A stretch of DNA of 64,000 nucleotides from Antechinus flavipes. Taxonomy: Eukaryota. Shown piece after piece: positions 36,074 through 47,435 of the stretch (position 1 is its first letter; each line of letters begins with the position of its first letter). The DNA lies in the NCBI RefSeq assembly GCF_016432865.1, contig NC_067399.1, positions 554,156,001 through 554,220,000 on the forward strand, in the 5' to 3' direction. The notes beneath the pieces are model-generated. The model had not been told where the DNA came from. It worked only from the letters and a program-made list of their open reading frames with translations, and searched no databases. A program made the translations under genes and the position numbers.

Positions 36074-38359
36074 ATTTAGAGCACAATGAACTACAAAATT
36101 CTTTCTTTTAAAAAAGTTTTCAATGGAAATTTTTATTTTAATGTTTTAATTTCTTTAATTAGTATTTTCCAAATACACGTAAAGATGGTTTTCAACATTC
36201 GTTTTTATAAGACTTTGTGTCCTAGTGTCTCTTGAGAGACAGTGGCTTCATAGAGAACATCAATTCTACCTATTTATATCAGTTCCTTCATTCTGACAGG
36301 AAATATGAGGAACAGTATTTTAGAAGCTTAGTGACTTAATTTTGAGTCAAGCTTATTGTCCCTTTAATCTTGGTGCTCCAAAGACTTGGTTCCTTTCTTT
36401 TTTTTTTAACACTTCCAAATGATTTGGTTCCTATTTTATATCCTAGTTCACCAAGAACAAGACTTCTTGACTTTAAACATCAGTCTCTGGAGGCTGGGTT
36501 CCTAATATTTATTTATCTTCAGAATTCTCTGATACTTATCACAGGCCATATTAGAATACTTTGATAAATGTAATAAATTCATATCAATTTTACACTAAGA
36601 ATATTAATCAATAAGCACATCAAAGAGAATATTAATTTGTAAATGCCTAGGCTTTCTGCAAGATTTTCTTGTTTTAGGATAAAGCAATTAATAAGAAGGT
36701 TAAGTTGAGTTGTAGTCAGAAATAGAATATTATCATCAACTGTAGGCTACAGAAATTATACCAACTGTATTTTGAACTTCCTGGAACTGATATTATTTAA
36801 CACAGGAGTCTTAGATGAATTTCTCCTCCTTTCAGTGCCCCCCTCCAAATCTCCCTGTTAAGGGAGAACAACAGATGTTTCCACACTATTGATGTAATTT
36901 GAGTGCATTAAAGACTTGAAAGAGAAAAATATTGCCGTGATCATCATGGTTAGAAAGAAAATGCAGGGAAATCCTTTAATTTGAATCATTATTGGCAACT
37001 GGATTAAAGAAAAAGAAAAAAAAAGAAGGAAAAAAGCACAATATATATCAATATTTCTTGGGAACTCATATAACAAGCATGTTATTGCCATGCAAACAGT
37101 GACCAGATCCCTATTACGGGAGTACTTTGCACAGCTGTGTCAACAATAGTTTCAAATGCCATGCTTACCAGTATAATTGTGCATAATATCCTAGGAAATG
37201 TGTGAGAAATTCCTTTATCCTGTCATATGATGACTGCATGTGTTGGTTGTCTATTTCATATGCATAGCTCAAATTGGGGGCTAGGATTAGGTAACAAACC
37301 TCTAGTCTTCTCATCCAACACTTTTAAAAGATCATATAAGGGAGCAATTCTTGGTATAAGGAGAGATTGACACAGTACCAGTAATGAATTAATGATTCAA
37401 AGTAGACAGAAAACAAATGTTGTTATGTGTAAGATACATAGCAGAATTAGTAGAAAATTTAAAAAATTGTCTAATTGTTTTTTAGTATTAACTTCTATAA
37501 CTGGATATTTGTTATATTATGTGCCTCTAAACAAAACTGATATAGATTTGGGGAAAGTTTAAAATGTGTATAAAAGCATGTTTAATATGATTTTACATGT
37601 ATAACCTATATCAGATTGCTAACCCTCTTGGAGAAGGGGAAAATGGGGGGAAATAGAAATCAAAATCTTATAAAAGTAAATGTCAAAAACTTTAAAAAAT
37701 GTTTTAAAATTGTACAAAAGCTTTCTAAATATATCAACTTCATTTCTCTTATTTTAAAGCATGAATTTACATTCTTGTGGATCTGGTGTTATTCAATACT
37801 TTAAAACATATCATACAATTATTTTTAATGTGGAGGGATAATGTGGTTTGTAGAAAGACTATTGGTTTTGGAGTCACATGACTTGCTTTTAGTTAAGCCA
37901 ATTTACTTACTCTTAGTCAAACCTGTCACAAGCATTCCTGTGCATGATCATTTCCTCCTAGGATGCCTCTCATCTTCTTTTACCTAGGTTAAATCCTCTC
38001 TCATAACAGCCTAAGTCCTATCATCTCTGAGAAGTCTTCTCCAACCCCCTTATTTTCTAGAATTTCAGAATTATGGGCTGGGATTTCTTTTTTCATTTTT
38101 GTTTTTGTACTTCTAGTACTTAGCATAGTATCCTGCATATAGTAGGTGCTTTATTCTTGTTGATCTAAATTGAACCTCAGCAGCCTTCTACTCATGGCTG
38201 TGGTCGTTCCAAACTTTGTTAATTTTGCCCACTACCCTTGAGGAGATCTCTAGTTATTAGCAAGACTTACCTAACTAGAAACTAATATATATGTGCCTTT
38301 TTGCAACTTCTACTAGAAACCCAGAGAGACACAATTTTCTCTTGATTCATAAACCAGCT

Positions 38360-38540
38360 CTTCAAATAAGATTCTAAGACTTCTCTCCTCAATTCTTTCA
38401 CTTTTGCAGTATGGTCTTCTCTTAACATCTTAACAACATCTTCCCTAAGAAATATGGTACTTGGAATTGAACACCATCACTCTCTAGTTCTGAGGATTAT
38501 GCTTCTCATGATACAGTCTAGGATCACATTAATTCTGTGT
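38360..38540 (-). mobile_element. L3/CR1 fragment
   Basis: aaatatggtacttggaattgaacacc...ttatgcttctcatgatacagtctaggatcacattaat resembles L3; homologous to 40280-40420. Confidence 0.55.
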
Positions 38541-39759
38541 GGGTGTGCTCATGTATACATGTGCATGCTATATCACATTGTTGACTTATTCTGAATGATT
38601 GCTTCCTTCTCTGGATTCTTATTGTATTGTTAGTTATGTAGCTTCTCAAGCACAAAGCTTATTTTTTGTATATACCTCCTATCTTTTCAGCTGAATTATA
38701 AAACCCACAAAGGAGGTAAGGGGCCTGTCTTGGACCTGTTTGGAACTGTAGCAATGTAGTAATACAATGGACTCACTCAAATATGTTGACAACATTACTT
38801 GTAGAGAATGTTAAAATGGACAAAGAACTTTTCACTCAACAAAACTAGGAGGTAGGTAGGACAGATACTTTTATCCATATTTTACAGAAGAAGAAACTTA
38901 GCTTCAGATAAGCAAAATGTCTTCCCATGGACACTGAGCTAATTAGTGCTAATTAGCAGGATGCTGACCAGGTTTTTTGACTCTGAAGTCACTGCTTCTT
39001 ACACCATATCATATTGCTTCCAAATATGAAGAGGAAGAAAATTCAAGAAGAAACATTTACTAAAGTCAACAGTTCTGATCACACATTTGTGTTAGCAACA
39101 ATGTGATGCTTTCAAATGCTTCCCAGACACTTATTTATAGCTTGGTTGTAAAAGGAGAGACAGTCAGAAATGCCACGCCTGCTCAGGTTTACAGGAATAA
39201 CACATTTTTTCATACAGATCCAAATAGTCATATTTAAAGCACTTTGTAGTATTTCAGTTCCTTGTTTTCAGGTACCTAGTACTATATTACTGTTTGTAAT
39301 GTCCATTATATATCATCAATTTAATGCCTTCTCAAAGGGACTAATTTTTAAAAGTCTTTTAGAATACTATGATATGTCTCTATTTTCCACAGTTCTCTGG
39401 CATATATTTGCCAAGTATTTGATTACCAAAGATGGTTTTACATTTATAGGAACAAGAAGAAAAAAACTTTCACATTTTTCTAAGAGAGAATTGATATTTT
39501 AAACAGACTACTGAAATAGGAAAGAAAAAATACTTCCACAGTTTCTGGAAATCTAAAGTTTTTAATGTCATTCTAACCATAGAGCACCAGTAAGCAGATT
39601 TCAGGATATTGCAGGAAATAAAAATGTTCCTTCTGAAGAGATTTTTATATGTAGTTTTTGGTGTGTTCAGTCTTTCTAAAGTGAATAGCAGAAAATAAAG
39701 GGATTCCCTCTGCAATAGCTGTCCTCCCCCCCCAAAAGTTATATAGCCTTTGCTTGAAA

Positions 39760-40960
39760 ATCTCCATTTAAGGGCTATACTAGCACCTAAGGCATGTCAT
39801 TCCACTTTTGAAGAGGTCTAATTGTTAGCTGAATCTTCCAGATGTCAAGTCTAAATATTTCTCTTTGTAACTTTCAACCATTATTCCTGGTATTGAACTC
39901 GAGTCAAACAGCACAAATGTAATCCCACTTCCTTAAGACAAATCTCAAATACTTGAACTCTGTTTTTTCCCTTTGAACCCTCTCTTCTCCAGAATAAGCA
40001 CCGCCAGTTCCTTAGTATGATCTTATTGTCTTGAGCAAAGCTTCTTAAACTGTGAGTCACATAACTAAAGGTGGGGGTTGCAAAAATTATGATTTATTAT
40101 CAATAAGTGTTTGATTTGTATACCTATTTTATATATTTATGTATGAAGGGTCACATAAAAATTTCTCTAGGTGACAAAGGATCATGAGTGGAAAAAGTTT
40201 AAATAGCTCTAGCTTAACGCAAAACTCTTCCCTATTCTAATTGCTCTTTACTAGATAATAAAAACTCTCCAGTATACCAGTGTTCTTTAATTGTGGCACC
40301 TAGAACTGAACACAATACTGAACAGCTGGTCTGATTAGCATGAAGTGTAGTAGGACTATTTTTCCTTTTTCTGGAAACCATGCTTCTCTTAACATGGCCC
40401 AAGATCACATTAATTCATTTGTTTTTTCATTGTTTAATCACATTGCTAATTCTTTGAGCTCACACTCCATACAAACTTTCATTTCCTTCCCTCCAAAATT
40501 TTGGGTAACCTCTATCTTTTTTGTATAAAAAAGGGATTTAAGAAAAACAAGTATAAGACTTAACTTTTATAACTATCAATTCATATATTACTTAATTCTG
40601 AAAACATTTTAGACAACATTATTTGCATTTTTGTGATTGTCATCCAAAGTATTAGCTATCCTTCCCAGCTTCTGATAAGCAAGAGATCTCTGCCTTTATT
40701 TAAGTCGTTGATAATAGTGTTGAATAGCCCAGGATCAAGCATAAATTCCTGGAGTATACCATAAAGGAGATCTGCAGTGATATCAAATTTTTAAGCACAA
40801 AAATTTTATTCTAGTCATTCAACTATTTTTGTTTTTTCTTATCCATATCTTTACTGTCTATAACTTTTTTCACAGTGTCTTCCATACCAAGAAAGTTGCC
40901 CCAATCACTTTTTACCATCTTTTGCTGAAGTATCTCCCTAACTTCAAACTTTAGTACTGG
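39760..40960 (-). mobile_element. L3/CR1 LINE 3' region, interrupted by a MITE
   Basis: tgtggcacctagaactgaacacaatact, agctatccttcccagctt and ataatagtgttgaatagcccaggatcaagc are L3 RT-region motifs on the reverse strand. Confidence 0.75.
40036..40211. mobile_element. hAT-type MITE
   Basis: Degenerate TIRs caaagcttcttaaac and gtttaaatagctcta around a typical ttatgatttattatcaataagtgtttgatttgtatacc interior; TSD not readable. Confidence 0.6.
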
Positions 40961-42685
40961 TTTTAATTTCTCCTCCAATCCTCCTCTCCTCCTCTGTCTT
41001 CATCTCCTTTTGAAAGTTATTTCCAATTACTCAGATTGCTTTTAGGACTTTGTCTATACTTTTCCCTTTCATTTATCATACTATACTTAATATCATATGT
41101 ACCTTTCCACATGTCCTTCCCCCTAATAATACTATAAATTACTAAGAGTATTTGATGATATACTTTCTTTGTATCTTTAATGTTTAATACAAGAGCCATA
41201 ATTAGGAACTCTTGTACACAGGTCAGATTCATTTGAATAATGGCAGAGGCATGGAAAGTTTGGAAACATTTTATAAACCAACCAGTCAAGTCTACTCTCT
41301 AGTAGAAGGTATCATAATATGAGTCCAAATCATATGCTCTGTCTCCAATTAAGTGAGAAAATCAGCTATTCTACTGTCTACATACCAAATTTCCAATTTG
41401 TAGGAAGACTATGCATCAATTTCTCCATTGGGTAAGAAAGATGAATTTATTTTACAGGTGTGAGTTTTCCTCTGTGCTCTTCTCACCTTCATTTTTTAAC
41501 ATTTTTGTTCAATACAGGAGAATAATATGTGTACATATCAGAAGAAAGGGATTCCAGAGATAAAAGTGGCACAGGAAATGATGTGGGGCAGTCATATTAC
41601 ATAGCCAAGTCCTGAGTGATGCTATAGGAAATAAGCATTCTTAATCCCATATTAGTAAATGCCCTAGGGCATAACCCTATTCATATTATCCTAATAAGAG
41701 TATTAAAGGATACTTTGTACATAATAGATACTTTATAAATATTTGGTAACCTGAGTTGCAGATTTCAAAATGCTTCAGTAATGAAATTCTTTGGTTATTT
41801 CTTAGAGTCTATCCCTCTCACATTTTCTCCAGATTACATGGAAATCTGGAAATACCTTTCCATTTCTTGTAGCAAATTCACATGTCTGCATCAGTACTAA
41901 ACCCATTCTCAATGAATTAATTTAATCCCTGAGATACCCAAAAGTTATAAAAAAAGATTCCTGTGGATCAAGAGGCTCTAGCATAATCAGATATTGGCAT
42001 GTTGTAATGGAAGGACCCTGGATCTCAGAAAACTGACTTTACCCTAAGTAGTTATTTGGCCTTCAATTAATCTTTTTGTCTTTGTAGGCCTCAGTTTCCA
42101 GTTAAATTGAGAGAGTTGGAAGAGATAATCTTTAAAAGCCCATTTCAGCTCTGAGATTAGAAGGCATAAACTGTTCTCCTGGCTATTATACTTCTTTACT
42201 TTTGTTTTTTATGATTCTTTCTTAAATACTGTTTGATCTGGTAAAGGTAAAAGGAGGCAAGTGGCTTTTTTTATGACTTTCTTTGACCAAAAAGAACACC
42301 TGTAAGAGGCAAAATCATATTGTGTCATTCATTTAATAGTCTAGTTCATAAAAATCTAAACGTTCCATAAAGAATGATAATTATGATGGCAATATCTAAA
42401 TGATTTTTGGTTTTTCCAAATGCTTTCAATCAAATCAACCAAGTCACATTTTTGGAGTCTTGAAAGAGCTACCAGAGCAGGGAGAAGTCTAGTTAATATT
42501 CTCCTTCCCTACTACTCTCCCATCTTCAACTAATGAATTTAAACTCTAAACAGCTCTAAAATCTTCCAGAAGATTCTCCCATTGAATTTTGCTGTAATAA
42601 TCTCTCCTTTATCTAAAACTCTATGGCTTCTCTCTCTTCCTACATTTCCCTGGTGGATTAGATTGACTGAAAAAAAATTCCTCTA

Positions 42686-43239
42686 CTAGATGCCTATCAA
42701 CTAGGGAATGGTATATGAATGTCAGAGAATACTATTGTTCTATTAAAAATGATGAGCAGGTAGATTGCAGGAAAACCTAAAAAGACTTACATGAACTGAT
42801 GCTGAATGAAGTGAATAGAACCAGGAAATCATTATATACAGTAAAAGCAACATTGTACAATGATCAACTATGATGCACTATGATTCTCTTCTCAGCAATA
42901 CAATCATCTGAAATAATTCCAAAAGACTTGAGATAGAAAATGTAATCTGTATCCAGAGAAAGAACTATGGAGTCTGAATGAAAATTGAAACATACTATTT
43001 TCAATTTTTTTTTGTTTTTTGTTCTTTCTTTCTCATGGTTTTTCCCTTTTGTTCTGATTCTTCTTTTACAACGTAAGTAATGTAAAAATACAGTTAATAT
43101 GATTGCACATATATAATCTTTATCGAATTGCTTGATGCTGAGAGAGTGGGGATAGAAAAAAACTTGGAACTCAAAATCATACAAAAATGAATGTTAAAAT
43201 TTATCTTTACATGTAATTTGAAAAAATAATATTAAGTGG
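42686..43239 (+). mobile_element. 5'-truncated L1 with a 17-bp TSD
   Basis: gacttacatgaactgatgctgaatgaagtg (DLHELMLNEV) plus 3' UTR; TSD GAAAAAAAATTCCTCTA (42669-42685) and GAAAAAAATTTCCTCTA (43240-43256), 1 mismatch. Confidence 0.88.
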
Positions 43240-43789
43240 GAAAAAAATTTCCTCTAACCCTAGTGGAGCTAATATGTTCATTTTTTGAACTACTGCTATA
43301 AACTAAGCTGATTGGTGAATAAGCACATACTCAATTAGTTCACTATATCTAGCCAGCCCCATGATCATCAGATGAAACCATATTTCACATCTCATCCAGT
43401 TATCCATCCTAGCCATCTCGTCATTTTCTCTGCTGTTGTTGTGTAGCCAACCCTTTCTATTTCTTACACTACATACTGCTATTGTTCTTGGAAAGGCTGA
43501 TTTATTTGCTGCCCTGAAGATCAATCCACCATCCCTTTGATTCCCTTAGACATTTCTTTCCCTATCAGTTCCACATAAAGATTAATGCCCCAATCAGGAT
43601 TTAAGTTCCTTAAAGGTAGGAATTGTCTTAACGTATGCATTTGTATTCTTACTTCTCTAGGCACAGTACTTGGAACATAGTAAGTGGTTAATAAGTGTAT
43701 TTTCCTTCATTCATTTTTTTCTTATTCTTTGATTCTTTTCAATTATTAGTTACTTACCTCAAGATAGAGTGTAACAAGGTAAGCACTCA

Positions 43790-44133
43790 CATGGTGATCA
43801 GAAGAAACAGTATGAGGACATTCTCAAGGTATCTCTGAAGAATTAGGAAACATGGGAAATGCTGACACAAGACTCTAGCATGGTGTGACTGCATCAAAGA
43901 AGGTGCTATTATATCTCTTGAGTGAAGCAAAATCATAGAAGCACAATGGATTTATGATCTATGCAAATACAGAGCTACTTAGACTCTCAATGTTGCGATG
44001 GACCATTTGTGCCTAATCTATGGTAGTACCTTCTAATTCCAAGTTGCACTGATCAACCATATCTGAATACACTATAGCCTAACTCCAATATTGTGGTATC
44101 ATTGATCTTTGAAAATGAAAGAAAAACAACAAG
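43790..44133 (+). mobile_element. RTE LINE 3' end
   Basis: gaggacattctcaaggtatctctgaagaa (DILKVSLK), catcaaagaaggtgct and the tail tgaaaatgaaagaaaaacaacaag; same family as 26296-26655. Confidence 0.8.
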
Positions 44134-44551
44134 ATCTTTAAGAGTAATCTTACATTTCTTTTATGTTCCCCATACTGTATTTGGTACAGTATAATATATT
44201 CAACAAGTGTTCATGGATCATCTCTTATAACATCTAATGCAATACAATAAAATTAATGCCTTTAGTAGGTGCTTATTGTCATTATTAAATGAATATTGAA
44301 TTCTGTAAAAATCTTTTCTAAGTGCAGCAACATCACTTCTTTGCAGAGATGGGAGAATCGGATAGGAACAAACTATGGATGTAAAACATTGTATGTATTA
44401 TCAGACATTGTAAATGTGTTGATTAGTTTTACAAAACTACTTTCCCTCTCTCTTTTTTTCATTATGTTGCATGAATGGCTTTTGAGGAAGAAGGACAGAT
44501 ATATTTGGAAATGGAAGCAATGTAAAGACAAAATATAGCAATAACTTTTTT

Positions 44552-44634
44552 TTTTTTTTTTTTTGCTGAGGTAATTGGGGTTAAGTGACTGCTCAGAATC
44601 ACATAGCAAGGAAGTATTAAGTTTCTGAGGCCAT
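44552..44634 (-). mobile_element. 5'-truncated WSINE1-type SINE with a 13-bp TSD
   Basis: Poly(T) followed by gctgaggtaattggggttaagtgactgctcagaatcac; TSD CAATAACTTTTTT at 44539-44551 and 44635-44647, followed by AA. Confidence 0.85.
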
Positions 44635-44914
44635 CAATAACTTTTTTAAAAGAATATACTATTATGCAGAGTTAGCTCTAAGAATAAAAATATTTAAATA
44701 AAAAGAAAAAAATTGTTCTAATTCTAAATGCCTAAGATTATATGATTCAAAGAAATGATATAGACAATTTAACTACTTTACCAACAGCAAATCTCTGAGG
44801 CTAAACATATGTAAAAAATGATTCATTATTTAAAACATATACAATTTCTTTGGGCTAGATAGTGTTATATGGCTACATAGATGTATAGCTAGATGGATGG
44901 ATGAATGGATGTAT

Positions 44915-45400
44915 GTTGTTTATTCTTTGTTTCTGAAGACCAGTGATAACATGATGTAATGGCTTGTCTTATGTGTGAATAAGATTTAAGTGAGGCACAG
45001 TTACAAAAAGTTGTCAGCCTCCTTCTCTTTTCCAATCATCAAAGACCATGGTCAAGATAGAAGTCAAAGCAAGGGGCAATGGCTCAGAATGGCTTCAGCC
45101 ACCTTGGTGACTGTTGGAACAAATTGTTCTGATCTGTACATTCCAAAGGGGAAAATCTTCATATGTTTGGGTTGGACATCCCCCAAATCATTGATGGGTT
45201 TGAATTATGTTGGTTACTTTTATTTACCCTGATTTAGCCCATCTGTGAAGAGATTTACTTAGGTGTAGCCAATGCACATGAAGCCAAAGGTGAGAGTTCA
45301 GTAATTGGTGGACATCCAAGGTAGATAAGTACACCTGAAAAGGGTTTGGCAAGCCTTCATATCACAGGTCCTAGTCCTCTCTGAATATCTCATATACCCC
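44915..45400 (-). mobile_element. RTE-related SINE (WALLSI/RTESINE type), second copy
   Basis: Collinear similarity to 15953-16410 (gatttaagtgaggcacag, ggggaaaatcttcatatg, gcccatctg). Confidence 0.7.
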
Positions 45401-45515
45401 TGGAAGATACTGACATATAGACAGATAAATCATTTATTGATCACCATATGTAGAAGCACTGGGATACAAGTACTGGCAAGACAGTCCCTTTCCTCCAGGA
45501 GTTCACATTCTAATG

Positions 45516-45725
45516 CAATGGTTCTCGATTTATTTTGAGCTCAGGTTCCTTTTGCATCCTTAAAAATTATTATGCACTCCTAAAGAACTTTTATTTATGT
45601 TGGCTGTGTAAATGAATATTTATCATAGTTGAAATTAAAACATCTTAGTTTTGACTTCACAGATTCCCTAAAGGGGACTCAGGAATTTCCCTATGGGTCC
45701 ACAGACCATACTTTGAGAACCATTG
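45516..45725 (+). mobile_element. Intact 210-bp hAT/Charlie-type MITE inserted in an L2 tail
   Basis: Perfect 11-bp TIRs CAATGGTTCTC and GAGAACCATTG; perfect 8-bp TSD TTCTAATG at 45508-45515 and 45726-45733. Confidence 0.92.
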
Positions 45726-46258
45726 TTCTAATGGATGATGAATATGTCAAAGTGTTTCACTTTTAGATTTTCTTCCATCTCTCTGTTATCAGAACAGTAT
45801 AATGGAATAAATATCTACATTTTATCCATTTATCCAAAATGTGAGATATTCCACATTTAGGATATGTAGATTACTTCCCTCCTTCCTTTTGTCACTGGTT
45901 CTGGATCTTGGGCAATTTACTTTACCTACAGAGGTCTTAGCAATAGCATGGGGAGCCCTATTTTCCCCTCCAAATAAAGTTTTATTACAAAGAGGGAATT
46001 ATGTTCTCTCAGTACCAGAATTGTATGTGGCTTATCTACTTAGTCTTATCACGTGCAAAGAAAGTGAAACAATGTACAAGACAAAAAGGACAAACCTTGT
46101 AGAAGCTTGGATTTTGGATAAAAAGTTTCTTCAACGACTATCTCTTTATCCTGCAATGATCACCACAAGCTTTTAGCACAGATGTTTAGACATCTCACAA
46201 AAATGCTTAAACAAAAATTTCCATTGGCATTAGGGTATGGGGTATATAATAAACCCAT

Positions 46259-46326
46259 TTAAAGGGCATTAATTTTATGAAGATCTTAAAGATTTTTAAG
46301 ATCTTCATAAAATTAATGCCCTTTAA
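46259..46326. other. Perfect 32-bp inverted repeat with 4-nt loop
   Basis: 46259-46290 is the exact reverse complement of 46295-46326; the loop is GATT. Confidence 0.97.
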
Positions 46327-47219
46327 CATGTACAATTCAATGAATTATTTTTATAATATGAAGTTTATAAGGGAACAGTAATATTATTTACAAATTATTG
46401 ATAACAACCATGAACCTTTGAATGCAAAAAAAAAAAAACTAGGGGAATAAGAGAACCATTTCACAGGGAGAAAGAAAAGAATGACCACTGCTTATGCCCA
46501 ACTGTCTCAGAGTTTCTCTTTGGTTGGCTATATAATTTCTTTACTTCTACTAAAGTCTGACTAGAAGCTGTCCTGGTGACTTGTGTTTATTGTAAACCAA
46601 TCAAAGCCTTACCACAGCCTCACTGGTACAAGTTGGAAAGGCTTCCAACAAGGGTTGGAATAAGGGTTACGCTAGCTAAGAGGGGAGAAGGCCAACAAGT
46701 TGACCTCAAGATGATCATGTTTCATTTAATGTACTAGATTTGCAACTGAAAACAACTTAAAATTCATCTAGTTTGAATCTTTCAGTTTACAAATGAGGAA
46801 ACTGAGATCCAGAGAGGTTAAGTGATTAACCCAAAGTGGCACAGGTAAGAAGTGGTTTAATTTTTCAGATCAACCCTCAAGCACTATCTCCTGAGTTGGA
46901 GCAGAACTGTGATTTGTGATAGACAGAGTATACAACCTCCAATATTACTGCCTTTAGATATTAATATTTCACATATGTCAAGAATGTGTTTTTGTGATCC
47001 ACAAATAACAGTAGAATGGACTTGGATTTTTTTGTTGTTGTTGTTGTTGTACAGCTGAGTGATTCTACAAAGTAAAAAAAAAAGATTTGAGAACCACTTG
47101 TCTAGAATAATGCAATGATCTCCTTCCTCCTTATACCTTTTCATAGCAGAAGCTGTATAATGATTTCTTCAAAAAAGGTCATCTTTGACCATACAAATCT
47201 TCTTTAAGACTATCTAATG

Positions 47220-47435
47220 AAATCTTAAACTTTTTTTAGTATAATGGATCCCTTTGCAGTCTAATAAAGCTTATGGAGTCTTCAGAGTAATATTTCTAAT
47301 GCACAAAATAGCATATGTAGGAATAAAAAAGGAACCAAATATTAAATTTAAATTTAAATTCTTTCCCAAGTTCATTGATCCCCCTTTTTTTTCTATCCAC
47401 AGGAGAGGGAGTATGTGGACATTAAGGTACCTCTG
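47220..47435 (+). mobile_element. hAT/Charlie4-like MITE
   Basis: atggatccctttgcagtctaataaagcttatggagtcttcagagtaatatttctaatgc interior; probable TSD atctaatg (47212-47219) and atttagtg (47436-47443). Confidence 0.6.

Noticed and set aside
38938-38957. Tandem CTAATTAG homeodomain sites
   Set aside because: They lie within a decayed MIR and are best explained by a 10-bp slippage duplication.
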